DNA of 64,000 bases from Eledone cirrhosa (GCA_964016885.1 OZ024749.1:27900001-27964000), one strand, 5' to 3'. Numbered from the stretch's first letter, positions 25,613 to 42,182 are shown. Notes: a model not told the origin generated them from the letters alone. Numbers and translations are program-made.

Positions 25613-27154
25613 CTTTATGTCACTCCCCACACTGGTATAGTTTAGACAGGCTGTGTCTGTAGATGTGTTGTGTCTGGAGACGCGTTGAATCTGTAGATGC
25701 GTTACATGTGTAGATGAGTTACATCTGGAGATGCGTTATATCTGGAGATGCATTATATCTGGAGATGTGTTGTAACATCGAAACACCAATGTAAAAATGA
25801 TGATGATGATGACGAGTAAGACAAGCTTAGAGAGATTTAAATATCAAGTGAAGACAATTGAAATTCCATCTTGTGTGGGATATTTAGTAAAGAAATGTTG
25901 TCAGTCTTTCTCTGATAAACAGTCATACAAGACAATCACATCATGCCACTACCATTACCACCACCATTACTAACACCACCACCACCCATACCATTACTAC
26001 CATTGCCACATCCTTCACACCACCAGTACTACCCACCAACAACGATACTACCATCATGACCACTGCCATCACCAATGCCACTACCATCACCAATACACTT
26101 CCAACGATACTACCATCACCACCCACAACAACAACACCACTATGACCACCACAACCACCACCATCCCGCTTCTACCAACAACAACAACAACAACAACAAA
26201 ACAACAACACCAACAACACCACCACCACCACCATTATGACCACCACACCTAAAATACAATGTAAGTAATGTAACAAGTGGAATATAAAGAATACCACTAT
26301 CAGTTGATAAAGATGACGGGTTAGAGACATTTTCTAAATATTTCAGGAAATAAAAAGAAAAAGCATGGAATTTACCAATTCAGCAACAATCACGTTTTAC
26401 TGGGTAGAATTTAAATGAAAAATTAAATTAGAATATAATATATATATACACACACACATACAGACACACACACACATATACAGACACACACACACATATA
26501 TATATATATACACATATATATAGTTACTGCACTATGGAGTGTTTTTTAGAATTTAGATAAAAAATTAAATTAAAAAAAATATATATAAACAGTTCTATTT
26601 AGTGTTTTTTTAGGATATTTTAGTATTTATTTAAAAAAGAAAAATACATACATAACATGATAATGTTTATTTTGAATAATCTTTAATGGTGAATTACATA
26701 TAAGTTATTTTATATGTAAAGAAGTCATATGTGTAACTATATACGATATATTTATGTAAATAAAACAGACATTTAGTTTCGTTGTAGTTTAAGCTGTGAT
26801 TAACATCGGAGTAAAAGTGGTGGATATATATTTCATCATCATCATTTTAACGTCCACTTTTCCTGCTAGTAAGGGTTGGACGGGTCTATATAGACCAAGC
26901 TTGTACTGAAGCGAAGCCACTGATCGGCCAAGCAGACCAGGGATCTATCTCATGTTCCATCGAGTGCTCAGAAAAGGTTGACATGCCTTTCACACCACTG
27001 AGGGCTCTCCCAACCTTTTGTTTGGCAAGATTTCTACAGCTGGATGCCCTTCCTATCACCAACCTCTTTACAGTGTGCATTAGGTGTGTTTATCGTGTAA
27101 ATCACCAACACTAGGGAAGTTGTCATGCCCTTGACATGACTAGAGGGTTCTCCC

Positions 27155-27223
<69 letters not shown>

Positions 27224-27226
27224 TAT

Positions 27227-27715
27227 GCACCAGTTGCTTTCACTCCAATTTATTATAGATTAAAAAAAAATTTTTTTTAATTTTTTCAAAAAATTAATAA
27301 ATTTCCGGTTGGTTGGTTGGTTCCACAACCAGACGGTTGTTCATATACTGTCAAAGTTCTTTCGTCACACATTCTGTGACCTCTTCAGTGACTGGGGATT
27401 CTTTTCTTTGTTTTGTGCCTCTTCTTTGTTCTGTCCTACGCCATCTTACAAAAACAAGATGGCGTAGGACAGAACAAAGGAGAGGCACAAAACAGAGAAA
27501 AGAATCCCCAGTCACTGAAGAGGTCACAGAATGTGTGACGAAAGAAATTTGACAATATATGAAGAGCCGTTCTGTTGTGGAACCAACAAACCGGAAATTT
27601 ATTAATTTTTTTGAAAAAATAAAAAAAAATTTTTTTTTAATTTATAATAAAGTAGAGTGAAAGCAACTGGTGCGTGTGTTTCTTATTGGCAACATGACCC
27701 TCCCAAAGCATAACA
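27227..27715. mobile_element. Large fold-back element (~220-bp arms) with paired hammerhead ribozymes
   Basis: Arms 27227-27447 / 27456-27673 with an 8-nt loop; adjacent to (TA)n; single-arm copy at 61302-61557. Confidence 0.85.
27511..27553 (+). ncRNA. Minimal type I hammerhead ribozyme
   Basis: GTCA|CTGAAGA-G-GTCACA-GAATG-TGTGAC-GAAA-GAAA-TT|TGAC; mirror copy at 27350-27392 (-). Confidence 0.8.
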
Positions 27716-28569
27716 ATATCGGTTTCAACACACGTTTTCAGATAAAGAATCATGCTAAACAAATTCAGAAACGAAATATATATATATAAGAAAGAGGGTG
27801 TGGTAAGATACCAGGTGGACCATAACGTAACGGAGCTCAGCCGTTGGTTCCCGACTCTTTTCCTAAATATACATACATACACACATAGACATATATATCC
27901 ATTGTTTTTACACTGATGTAAATGTGTGTGAGTGTATCTATCTATATATGTGTGTGTGTGTTTATATTAATCTAAAAACCATCATAATTTCATGTAAGAA
28001 CCTTTGTTAAGTTATGTTCCAAACACTCCTGGTTCTATGATACAAAACTTTGTTTTAAAGTGCTTATATTTATCTAAAAATCTTCCATCATAATCTCATG
28101 TAAAAACCCGTTAAGTTATGTTCCAAGCACCAGCTTAACCCGTCTGATATCAAACCTCCTCAAACCAGTCCTGGTTCTATTATGTAAAGTTGTACATTTT
28201 AAAGTGTTTCTATTGAGCAAAAAAAAAACCTGCCATCATAATTTTATGTAAGAACCTTTGTTAAGTTATGTTCCAGACACCAACTTAATAATGATTTACA
28301 CCAATGTACATACATTCCCAGCCACTTCACAATAACTAAACAAACAAATATGTTGTCACAGTACTGACAAAATATTAGCATAGATCTCCTCCCTCAACAC
28401 AGCTCCCTCTCCCCTCCATTCAACACAGACCTCCTTCTCCAGCCTGCAGCCCCCTCCTCTCCAAATTGGGACTCCCATCGAACACATCCCGCCCACCACA
28501 CCACACATGATAGGAAATTCTAAGAAATGCGTCATATCTGTTGTGCAATATTTCTAACAAATACAATCT

Positions 28570-28613
<44 letters not shown>

Positions 28614-28758
28614 TATATATATATACACACACACACATATATATACACACACACACATATATACACACACACACATATATTCACACACACACACACATAT
28701 ACACAGGCACACATACATATATATTCATATATATATATATATATATACACACACATTC

Positions 28759-28793
<35 letters not shown>

Positions 28794-28861
28794 TATATAT
28801 ATATATACACACATAATATATACACACACATATATATATATACACACACATATACATATAT

Positions 28862-29780
28862 ATCATCATCACCGTTTTACGTCCGTTCTTCCACGCTAGC
28901 ATGGGTTAGACGGGTTGTCCTGTGTTGTGGGCAGTAGCCGGTTGGCTGACCATGCCTTGCTCATACGGGAACTGATTCTGGCTCGATTTTTACAGCTGGA
29001 TACCCTTCCTAACACCAACCTCATTTACAGTGTGGGCTGGGTGCTTTTTTGCCGTGGCACCTCCACGACCACCCAGTGGGAGGGGGTGGGGTCATATTGT
29101 CTATATGCTTCAGCTTGTACCCGTGGGGGTTCAGGTTTTCTGTATTACTGCACGACACCAGAGGTCACGGTCGTGTGTCATCGCCTTTGAGAGGTAATTG
29201 GTTAAGGTCGGCTTTTATCACCTCATCCTAGGTCTTCTTGGGTCTCCCCACTCCGCGGCTTCCATCAACTTCTAGTGCTCTGCACCTTTTTATGCAGCTG
29301 TCATTCTTCATACGCATCACATGTCCATACCAACTCAACCTCCTCTCCTGCACACAGCATTTGATTCCTCTTATGCTCAGTCTCTCTCTCAATTCGTTTA
29401 TGCTTTGCTGTTCGCGTATATTACTCTTACACCTCCATCAGAGTATGCAGGCTTCGTTTCTTTCTAATCTACGCAAGTCTTCTACAGACAGCACCCAGGT
29501 CTCACTACCATGTAACATTGCTGTTCGTAACACGCATCATAAAGTCTGCTCTTCATTTTGAGGGAAAAGCCCTTTTGCAGCTAGCAGTGGCTCCCTGAAC
29601 CTCTTCCATCCCGTTTTTACCCTAGTTATTGTTTATTCCAAACACCCACCTCCGCTGCTAATTCGGTCACCTTGGTAGCAGAAGCTGTCTACTGTTTCAA
29701 CAGAGCCCTCCCAGAGTTTGGTGGTGCTTGTTTCCTGTGGCTGTTTGCTGCTTGCTGTCCCAGCGCAGTTTTGGCATTGA
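28862..29780 (-). mobile_element. Decayed RTE LINE 3' end, sister copy of 12757-13797
   Basis: Reverse complement is collinear with the 12757 copy, including the 3'UTR and (ATG)n tail; frameshifted. Confidence 0.9.
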
Positions 29781-31059
29781 TACACTGGTTGGATGCCCTT
29801 CCTAACACCAGTGCCACTTTATAGCATGGACTGGGTGTTTTTATTTGTGCCACCAGCACTAGAGAGGATGTCTTACTGGACTCATGGGCCCTCTCTACTC
29901 CTCCATTTTACAGCATGTTCATGAAAAAAAAAAAAAAAAAAAAAAATTGACAAAGGACCGTGACAAGTGGAGAGATGCTGTGCTGAATAAGACCCGTCCC
30001 ACCCTTGCAAGCAGGGAAAGGCGGACGTAAAATGATGTTGATGATGATGATATACACACACAAACATATTCACAAATTCACAAATATGCGCGTGGTATCT
30101 ATGTTTGTGTGTGTATGTGAGTGCATGAGAATGTGTGTGTGGTCAGTGTGTGTGTGTTTGTATATGGTCAGTACATGTGTGTGTAGGTGTATGGTCAGTA
30201 TTCTGTCTGTGCATGTCTGATAAGTTTATCAATTGATTAAGTTCTAAGATAACTGCCTATCTTCACGACCTTCTCACTTATAACGAGAACAGGACATTAC
30301 CACAGTCATCACTATCACCACCATCTTCTCCACCACCACCATCTTCACTACCACCACCACCAACACCATCTTCTCCACCATTACCACCACCACTACCATC
30401 ACTATCACTACCACCATCTTCTCTACCAACACCACCACCATCATTATCACCACCACCACCACCATCTTCTCAACCAACACCACTACCACCACCATCCCTA
30501 TCACCACCATCACCACCACCACCAACTTCTCTACCACTACCAACACCACCATCATCATTACCACCTTCATATATCATCTCTCAATACACCCCCTCTCCCA
30601 TCACCATATAGCTTCTCTATCAACACCACTACCCCCACCATGATCACCACCTTCATCTATCATCACTATCTATACACAACTCCCTCACTCCCACCCTAAC
30701 CCTCACCATCATCATCACCCTCATATATCATCACTATCAATACACCACCCCCTAACCCTTCCCACCATCACCACAGCCACATCTTCCTCAATCAATATAC
30801 TACCACCACCATCACCATGTACCTTCACTGTCAACACCCCCCTGTAACCCTCCCCATCACCCCCACGACCATATCCTCCTCACTATCAATACACACCCCC
30901 ACCAACCCCAATTGTCATCACCTCATGACCTCAACCATCATCACCATATATATCTATTATCAATACCCCCCACACACACATATATAACACCACCCTTGAC
31001 CCTATCATCATCATGTCTTCACAACCAATAATACCACCACCACCACCCCTACTATCATC

Positions 31060-34000
31060 ATCCAGACAGTACCACCATTACCAACATTATCACAACCACC
31101 ACTATCATCATCATCATCATCAACATTACCATCACAACCACCACTATCATCATCATCACCAACATTACCATCACAACCACCACTATCATCATCATCAACA
31201 TTACCATCACAACCACCACTATCATCATCATCACCAACATTACCATCACAACCACCACTATCATCATCATCGTCAACATTACCATCACAACCACCACTAT
31301 CATCATCATCATCAACATTACCATCACCACCACCACTATCATCATCATCATCAACATTACCATCACAACCACCACTATCATCATCACCAACATTACCATC
31401 ACCACCACCACTATCATCATCATCATCAACATTACCATCACAACCACCACTATCATCATCACCAACATTACCATCACAACCACCACTATCATCATCATCA
31501 ACATTACCATCACAACCACCACTATCATCATCATCACCAACATTACCATCACCACCACCACTATCATCATCATCAACATTACCATCACAACCACCACTAT
31601 CATCATCATCATCAACATTACCATCACAACCACCACTATCATCATCATCATCAACATTACCATCACAACCACCACTATCATCATCATCAACATTACCATC
31701 ACAACCACCACTATCATCATCATCATCAACATTACCATCACAACCACCACTATCATCATCATCATCAACATTACCATCACAACCACCACTATCATCATCA
31801 TCAACATTACCATCACAACCACCACTATCATCATCATCAACATTACCATCACAACCACCACTATCATCATCATCACCAACATTACCATCACCACCACCAC
31901 TATCATCATCATCATCATCAACATTACCATCACAACCACCACTATCATCATCATCATCAACATTACCATCACCACCACCACTATCATCATCACCAACATT
32001 ACCATCACAACCACCACTATCATCATCATCACCAACATTACCATCACCACCACCACTATCATCATCATCATCAACATTACCATCACAACCACCACTATCA
32101 TCATCATCATCAACATTACCATCACAACCACCACTATCATCATCATCACCAACATTACCATCACCACCACCACTATCATCATCATCATCATCAACATTAC
32201 CATCACAACCACCACTATCATCATCATCACCAACATTACCATCACCACCACCACTATCATCATCATCATCATCAACATTACCATCACAACCACCACTATC
32301 ATCATCATCATCAACATTACCATCACAACCACCACTATCATCATCATCATCAACATTACCATCACAACCACCACTATCATCATCACCAACATTACCATCA
32401 CAACCACCACTATCATCATCACCAACATTACCATCACAACCACCACTATCATCATCACCAACATTACCATCACAACCACCACTATCATCATCATCATCAT
32501 CAACATTACCATCACAACCACCACTATCATCATCATCACCAACATTACCATCACAACCACCACTATCATCATCATCATCAACATACCATCACAACCGCCA
32601 CTATCATCATCATCATCAACATTACCATCACAACCACCACTATCATCATCATCATCAACATTACCATCACAACCGCCACTATCATCATCATCATCATCAA
32701 CATTACCATCACAACCACCACTATCATCATCATCATCATCAACATTACCATCACAACCACCACTATCATCATCATCATCAACATTACCATCACAACCACC
32801 ACTATCATCATCATCATCAACATTACCATCACAACCGCCACTATCATCATCATCATCAACATTACCATCACAACCACCACTATCATCATCATCATCAACA
32901 TTACCATCACAACCACCACTATCATCATCATCATCATCAACATTACCATCACAACCACCACTATCATCATCATCACCAACATTACCATCACAACCACCAC
33001 TATCATCATCATCATCAACATTACCATCACAACCGCCACTATCATCATCATCATCAACATTACCATCACAACCACCACTATCATCATCATCATCAACATT
33101 ACCATCACAACCGCCACTATCATCATCATCACCAACATTACCATCACCACCACCACTATCATCATCATCATCATCAACATTACCATCACAACCACCACTA
33201 TCATCATCATCATCAACATTACCATCACAACCACCACTATCATCATCATCACCAACATTACCATCACAACCACCACTATCATCATCATCACCAACATTAC
33301 CATCACAACCACCACTATCATCATCATCAACATTACCATCACAACCACCACTATCATCATCATCAACATTACCATCACAACCACCACTATCATCATCATC
33401 ACCAACATTACCATCACAACCACCACTATCATCATCATCATCAACATTACCATCACAACCACCACTATCATCATCATCAACAACATTACCATCACAACCA
33501 CCACTATCATCATCATCACCAACATTACCATCACAACCACCACTATCATCATCATCATCAACATTACCATCACAACCACCACTATCATCATCATCATCAA
33601 CATTACCATCACAACCACCACTATCATCATCATCATCAACATTACCATCACAACCACCACTATCATCATCATCATCATCAACATTACCATCACAACCACC
33701 ACTATCATCATCATCATCATCAACATTACCATCACAACCACCACTATCATCATCATCATCATCAACATTACCATCACAACCACCACTATCATCATCATCA
33801 ACAACATTACCATCACAACCACCACTATCATCATCATCATCAACATTACCATCACAACCACCACTATCATCATCATCACCAACATTACCATCACAACCAC
33901 CACTATCATCATCATCACCAACATTACCATCACAACCACCACTATCATCATCATCATCATCAACATTACCATCACAACCACCACTATCATCATCATCATC

Positions 34001-37000
34001 ATCAACATTACCATCACAACCACCACTATCATCATCATCATCATCAACATTACCATCACAACCACCACTATCATCATCATCAACAACATTACCATCACAA
34101 CCACCACTATCATCATCATCATCAACATTACCATCACAACCACCACTATCATCATCATCAACATTACCATCACAACCACCACTATCATCATCATCACCAA
34201 CATTACCATCACAACCACCACTATCATCATCATCACCAACATTACCATCACAACCACCACTATCATCATCATCACCAACATTACCATCACAACCACCACT
34301 ATCATCATCATCAACAACATTACCATCACAACCACCACTATCATCATCATCACCAACATTACCATCACAACCACCACTATCATCATCATCATCAACATTA
34401 CCATCACCACCACCACTATCATCATCATCATCAACATTACCATCACAACCACCACTATCATCATCATCAACATTACCATCACAACCACCACTATCATCAT
34501 CATCACCAACATTACCATCACAACCACCACTATCATCATCACCAACATTACCATCACAACCACCACTATCATCATCATCACCAACATTACCATCACAACC
34601 ACCACTATCATCATCATCAACATTACCATCACAACCACCACTATCATCATCACCAACATTACCATCACAACCACCACTAGCATCATCATCAACATTACCA
34701 TCACAACCACCACTAGCATCATCATCATCAACATTACCATCACAACCACCACTAGCATCATCATCATCAACATTACCATCACAACCACCACTAGCATCAT
34801 CATCATCAACATTACCATCACAACCACCACTATCATCATCACCAACATTACCATCACAACCACCACTATCATCATCATCAACATTACCATCACAACCACC
34901 ACTATCATCATCATCATCAACATTACCATCACAACCACCACTATCATCATCATCAACATTACCATCACAACCACCACTATCATCATCATCAACATTACCA
35001 TCACAACCACCACTATCATCATCATCACCAACATTACCATCACAACCACCACTATCATCATCATCAACATTACCATCACAACCACCACTATCATCATCAT
35101 CAACATTACCATCACAACCACCACTATCATCATCATCACCAACATTACCATCACAACCACCACTATCATCATCATCATCAACATTACCATCACAACCACC
35201 ACTATCATCATCATCAACAACATTACCATCACAACCACCACTATCATCATCATCATCAACATTACCATCACCACCACCACTATCATCATCATCATCAACA
35301 TTACCATCACAACCACCACTATCATCATCATCACCAACATTACCATCACAACCACCACTATCATCATCATCAACATTACCATCACAACCACCACTATCAT
35401 CATCATCAACATTACCATCACAACCACCACTATCATCATCATCACCAACATTACCATCACAACCACCACTATCATCATCATCATCAACATTACCATCACA
35501 ACCACCACTATCATCATCATCAACAACATTACCATCACAACCACCACTATCATCATCATCATCAACATTACCATCACAACCACCACTATCATCATCATCA
35601 TCAACATTACCATCACAACCACCACTATCATCATCATCAACAACATTACCATCACAACCACCACTATCATCATCATCATCAACATTACCATCACAACCAC
35701 CACTATCATCATCATCAACAACATTACCATCACAACCACCACTATCATCATCATCATCAACATTACCATCACAACCACCACTATCATCATCATCATCAAC
35801 ATTACCATCACAACCACCACTATCATCATCATCAACAACATTACCATCACAACCACCACTATCATCATCATCATCAACATTACCATCACAACCACCACTA
35901 TCATCATCATCATCAACATTACCATCACAACCACCACTATCATCATCATCAACAACATTACCATCACAACCACCACTATCATCATCATCATCAACATTAC
36001 CATCACAACCACCACTATCATCATCATCATCATCAACATTACCATCACAACCACCACTATCATCATCATCATCATCAACATTACCATCACAACCACCACT
36101 ATCATCATCATCATCATCAACATTACCATCACAACCACCACTATCATCATCATCAACAACATTACCATCACAACCACCACTATCATCATCATCATCAACA
36201 TTACCATCACAACCACCACTATCATCATCATCACCAACATTACCATCACAACCACCACTATCATCATCATCACCAACATTACCATCACAACCACCACTAT
36301 CATCATCATCATCATCAACATTACCATCACAACCACCACTATCATCATCATCATCATCAACATTACCATCACAACCACCACTATCATCATCATCATCATC
36401 AACATTACCATCACAACCACCACTATCATCATCATCATCAACATTACCATCACAACCACCACTATCATCATCATCACCAACATTACCATCACAACCACCA
36501 CTATCATCATCATCACCAACATTACCATCACAACCACCACTATCATCATCATCACCAACATTACCATCACAACCACCACTATCATCATCATCAACAACAT
36601 TACCATCACAACCACCACTATCATCATCATCACCAACATTACCATCACAACCACCACTATCATCATCATCATCAACATTACCATCACCACCACCACTATC
36701 ATCATCATCATCAACATTACCATCACAACCACCACTATCATCATCATCAACATTACCATCACAACCACCACTATCATCATCATCACCAACATTACCATCA
36801 CAACCACCACTATCATCATCACCAACATTACCATCACAACCACCACTATCATCATCATCACCAACATTACCATCACAACCACCACTATCATCATCATCAA
36901 CATTACCATCACAACCACCACTATCATCATCACCAACATTACCATCACAACCACCACTAGCATCATCATCAACATTACCATCACAACCACCACTAGCATC

Positions 37001-37895
37001 ATCATCATCAACATTACCATCACAACCACCACTAGCATCATCATCATCAACATTACCATCACAACCACCACTAGCATCATCATCATCAACATTACCATCA
37101 CAACCACCACTATCATCATCACCAACATTACCATCACAACCACCACTATCATCATCATCAACATTACCATCACAACCACCACTATCATCATCATCATCAA
37201 CATTACCATCACAACCACCACTATCATCATCATCACCAACATTACCATCACAACCACCACTATCATCATCATCACCAACATTACCATCACAACCACCACT
37301 AGCATCATCATCAACATTACCATCACAACCACCACTATCATCATCAACATTACCATCACAACCACCACTATCATCATCATCACCAACATTACCATCACAA
37401 CCACCACTATCATCATCATCATCAACATTACCATCACAACCACCACTATCATCATCATCAACATTACCATCACAACCACCACTATCATCATCAACATTAC
37501 CATCACAACCACCACTATCATCACAACCACCACTATCATCATCATCAACATTACCATCACAACCACCACTATCATCATCATCATCAACATTACCATCACA
37601 ACCACCACTATCATCATCATCAACATTACCATCACAACCACCACTATCATCATCACCAACATTACCATCACAACCACCACTATCATCATCACCAACATTA
37701 CCATCACAACCACCACTATCATCATCATCACCAACATTACCATCACAACCACCACTATCATCATCATCATCACCAACATTACCATCACAACCACCACTAG
37801 CATCATCACCAACATTACCATCACAACCACCACTATCATCATCATCAACATTACCATCACAACCACCACTATCATCATCAACATTACCATCACTA
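31060..37895. repeat. 6.8-kb minisatellite, unit AACATTACCATCACAACCACCACT(ATC)3-6
   Basis: Read directly; unit lengths are multiples of 3, producing spurious 1700-2400-aa ORFs. Confidence 0.97.
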
Positions 37896-38109
37896 TCATC
37901 ATCACCTTCTACTCAAAAGTTATACCATACATCATCATCCGTTTCATGGCACCACTAGCAACCAATGCTGACATATTTATCCCTCCCCAACCATCATCAT
38001 CAACCTCATTTGAATATCTGTTCTTCACACATCTAACACTGAGCAGCAGAACTTTTGTTTATGCAGAACATAAACAAATATCACTGCCTCTGCTTGCAAT
38101 GTCAATGTT

Positions 38110-39110
38110 GGTTAATTCAAATGTTTATAGTATCTTGACAGTTTGTTGAAAAATTTGCTGTAAAGTAAAGACTTTAATTTTTAATGTGAGGTATCATAGT
38201 GATGTGTTGTACTTTTCAAGAATGTCTTGCTAATGTGGTTTCATGTGGTTTGTTAATTCAAATGTTTATAGTATCTTTATTAGTGAATAGATTGTTTACA
38301 AATTTGCAGTATTAAAGTAAAGACTTCAATTTTTGATGCAGACATAGTACTGTTTAGTACTTTTCAACAATGTCTTGCTAATACAGTTTCATATGGTTTG
38401 TTAATACAAATGTTTATAGTATCTTATAGATTGTTCAGAAATTTGCAGTGGAGAATTTAATTTTTAATATGATGCAGTCATAGTGTTATTTTGTACTTTT
38501 CAAGAATGTCTAGCTAATGTAGTTAATTCAAATCAGCATCATCACCTGATAATGTCAATTTTCCACGCTAGCATGTGTTAAACTGTTTGTAGTATCTTTA
38601 CTTATGGACAGATCATTGTGAAAATTAGCAGTATTTGAGTAAATACATTAATATTTAATGTGATACAGTTATAGTGTTGTTTTGTACTTTTCAAGAATGT
38701 CTTGCACATGTGATTTATTAATTTAAACGTTTCTAGTATCTGTACTAGTGGACAAGTCATTGTGAAAATTTGTAATATTAGAGTAAAAATTAATTTTCAA
38801 TGTGATGCAGTCATAGTGCTGTTTTCAAGAATATTTTGCTAATGTGGTTTCATGTGTGTACTCAAATGTTTATAGTATCTTTACAAGTGGATAGATCATT
38901 GGGAAAATTTACAGTATTAGAGTAACAACATTAATTTTTAATGATATGCATGTCAATCCAAATCAATTGGAGATGGTTACTTCTGAAAGGACATGCTGGA
39001 AGGAGTGTTTGAGGACTCTACTCTTATGACCTTCCCAGGAATAAGTGAACAAAAAAGAAGATTCAGTCATAGTGTTGTCTATACTTTTCAAGAATATCTT
39101 GCTAATATGG
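38110..39110. repeat. ~125-bp degenerate tandem repeat
   Basis: GTACTTTTCAAGAATGTCTTGCTAATGTGG and AAATGTTTATAGTATCTT recur about 7 times. Confidence 0.85.
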
Positions 39111-40443
39111 TTCCAAGCAGTGCAGGTTGTTAAGAGTTTCATATAAGCATAAACCTAACAATGTATGTATGGTCCCATAACTCTTGAGTCCTAGGGGCGC
39201 CATATTGACATACAGTGTTTCTTGAGACATGTTAAAACCTGATGGAGCCCATCTCCTCTCCAAACCTGAGAACAACAGATTTCTTTCAGAAATGGATAGA
39301 GAGTGAGAGAGAATGGAAGTGAGAAAAAGAGAGCCAAAACAAATGCCACAGGGCATTCTATCTGACATTCTAACGATTCTGCCAATTCACCACCTCCAAA
39401 CCTAACAATACTACTTCTTTATTAAAGACATATATTTCTGGAACTTCAAGATTTTGTTGGCTAAAATCTCGAATTACATAAACAGAGAAATGCTGGACAC
39501 TGGAAGTATTGTATACCATCCAATCTATGTCTGGTTTAAAAAACCCTAATTAAAACATTCATTAAAATGTCAGTTTAATTAGCTAAACAGTTACATGTTT
39601 ATTTCAAAACACTTTATCAGTGTTGCACTGAGTGTATCTCGACCCCCACCACCATCATCATTGCCACCATTGACACCATCATCACCATTGACATTACCAC
39701 CACCACCCCTACCAAAATCTCCATCATTGACACCATCAACCCCACCCCACCTCAACCACTACCTCCATCACCAGGAACGTCGCCAACACCACCTCAACCA
39801 CAAACACCAGAAACACCACCACTGCCACCACCATCACCCCACCTCAACCACTACCTCCACCACTACCACCATAACTATCACCATCACTAACCTCACCACT
39901 AACACCATTACCCCACAGTACATTCTCTAGTATAACAACATCAGCTTAACTCTTTCCATTCCAAACCATCTGATACCATCCATCATTCTACAATACAAAC
40001 CTGTTTATTTTAAAGTGTTTATATTTATCTAAATACTTTCCATCATAATTTTATCTAAGGACTTTTGTTAGGTTCCAAACACCACACTAACAATGGGAAA
40101 GTTATATTACTAAATTGACATAATTTTTTAATTTTTTAAATTATTTGAAAATCATAGGCAATATGTTTCATTAGAAATATGGTAACAAAAGGGTTAAATT
40201 GTTTATATTCTAAAAACCATCCATCATAATTTTATGTAAGAACTTTTGTTAAGTTATGTTTTAAACATCAACCTAATAATGAGAAAGTTATTTATATTAC
40301 TAAATTCCTCCAAATTCTTATTTATTTTGAAAGTTATTTGAAAATTATAGACAGTCTTTCATTACAAATATAGTAACGAAAGGGTTAAAAGTGTTTATAT
40401 TTATTTAAATACCTACCATCATAATTTTATGCATGGACCTTTG

Positions 40444-40654
40444 TTAACCCTTTAGCATTTAAACTGGCCACATCCGGCCAGAATTCTCTCACCTCTTTCT
40501 GTTTAAACCGGTCATAACCAGCCACTCATACCAACGTAAAGGTATTGTTCTCAAATAATATCCAAATCTCATAGTTTCGATATTATGCGAGATAAAGCCT
40601 TTACCGTGAAAATACAATAGTAAATATAGAATAATGTAAATACTAAAGGATTAA
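40444..40654 (+). mobile_element. piggyBac-type MITE with TTAA target-site duplication
   Basis: Interrupts CTTTG-TTAA-GTTA; an uninterrupted version of this host motif is at ~40243-40258. Confidence 0.88.
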
Positions 40655-40925
40655 GTTACATTCCAACCATCAACCTAATAATGAGAAAGTTAGTTATATT
40701 ACTAAATCCCTCCAAATTCTTGATTATTTTCAAAATATTTTGAGGAGCATAGACAATGGCTTCCCTTAGAAATATGGCAACAAAAGGGTTAAAACAAATT
40801 CCTAACAGCTCCAGGAAGTTGTGTAATGTATAGATCAGTTTTGTTAGTAATTGTGTGTGGTGTTTATTATAGCAGGAATGGTGAATCTATTCTAGAATGT
40901 GTAGCTATAGTGATGATAATTTTCC

Positions 40926-41143
40926 TTAACCCTTTAGCATTTAAACCGGGCAGAACTCTCTCACCTCTTTCTGTACAAACCAGCTGAACTGGCCACTCAT
41001 ACTGATGTTAAGGTATTGTCCTCAAAATAAATAACATTCAAATATTGTAGATTTGATATTATGTGAGATAATTGTGCAAGGTAAAGCCTTTGCCGTGAAA
41101 ATATAATAGTAAATATAGAGTAATGTAAATGCTAAAGGGTTAA
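40926..41143 (+). mobile_element. piggyBac-type MITE
   Basis: TTAA CCCTTTAGCATTTA ... TAAATGCTAAAGGG TTAA (14-bp TIR). Confidence 0.88.
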
Positions 41144-41239
41144 ATAGGTCCATCACATACACTCAGGTATTTTTGAGTAACAGATTATCAAAACCAAGTG
41201 TTTATAGAGACCCATGACCAGCTTCTACATTTTCTCGAT

Positions 41240-41555
41240 ATCATGTGCTGACATGTGCCGCCAACATGTGCCACTAACATGTGGGACCAACATGTGCCAT
41301 TAACAAGTACCGACGAAATGTGCCAAAAACATGTAGCAGTAACACGTGCCAACAACATGAGACACCGACATGAGACACCAACATGTATCGACAACGAGTC
41401 AAAAACATGTGGCGCCAACATGTGTCAACAACATGAGTCACAAACATGTCCCACAAACATGTGGTACCAACATGTGTGCCATCAACAAGTGCAGTCATGC
41501 GGCACCAACATGTGACTACAACATGTGACACCAATATGTGCCATCAACATGTGGT
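41240..41555. repeat. Degenerate ACATGT-containing minisatellite
   Basis: CAACATGTG recurs about every 14-15 bp. Confidence 0.8.
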
Positions 41556-41665
41556 AATATAGGGCATTGTTAGACAAAGAGAAGAATCAATAAAATAGAT
41601 TGATGAAGTTCAGTAAATTATGATTGAGTATGATACAACTGGGGAATGACATTTCATGAATGGAT

Positions 41666-41736
<71 letters not shown>

Positions 41737-42100
41737 TATATATATATATACACACGTATATCATCATCATCATCATTTAGTATCCACAATATGCATATAT
41801 ATATATACACATAAACAACATATGAAGAGAAGCACATACACTGTGTGAGTGCATATATATATATACACATACACACACATGTATGTATCAGTCACTAATC
41901 AATTAATGTTGTTGATCTCCCCCACCCCACTGTCTCCGTAAAGGACTAATTATACATCAAGGACACATTCCATATAGATTCTGAGAAAAGTGGAACTGAT
42001 AGAGATAATTGTATCATCACAGTGTCCTAGTTACTGTTGTATCATATATATATATATATATATATAATACAACATATTATGTATATATACACACACATAC

Positions 42101-42157
<57 letters not shown>

Positions 42158-42182
42158 CAACATATTATGTATATATACACAC

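Noticed and set aside
31013-38149. 2378-aa His-rich then Thr/Ile-rich ORF and its antisense Met/Val ORFs
   Set aside because: A triplet-phased, G-poor minisatellite is stop-free in several frames; the composition switch is a single 1-bp deletion at ~32584.
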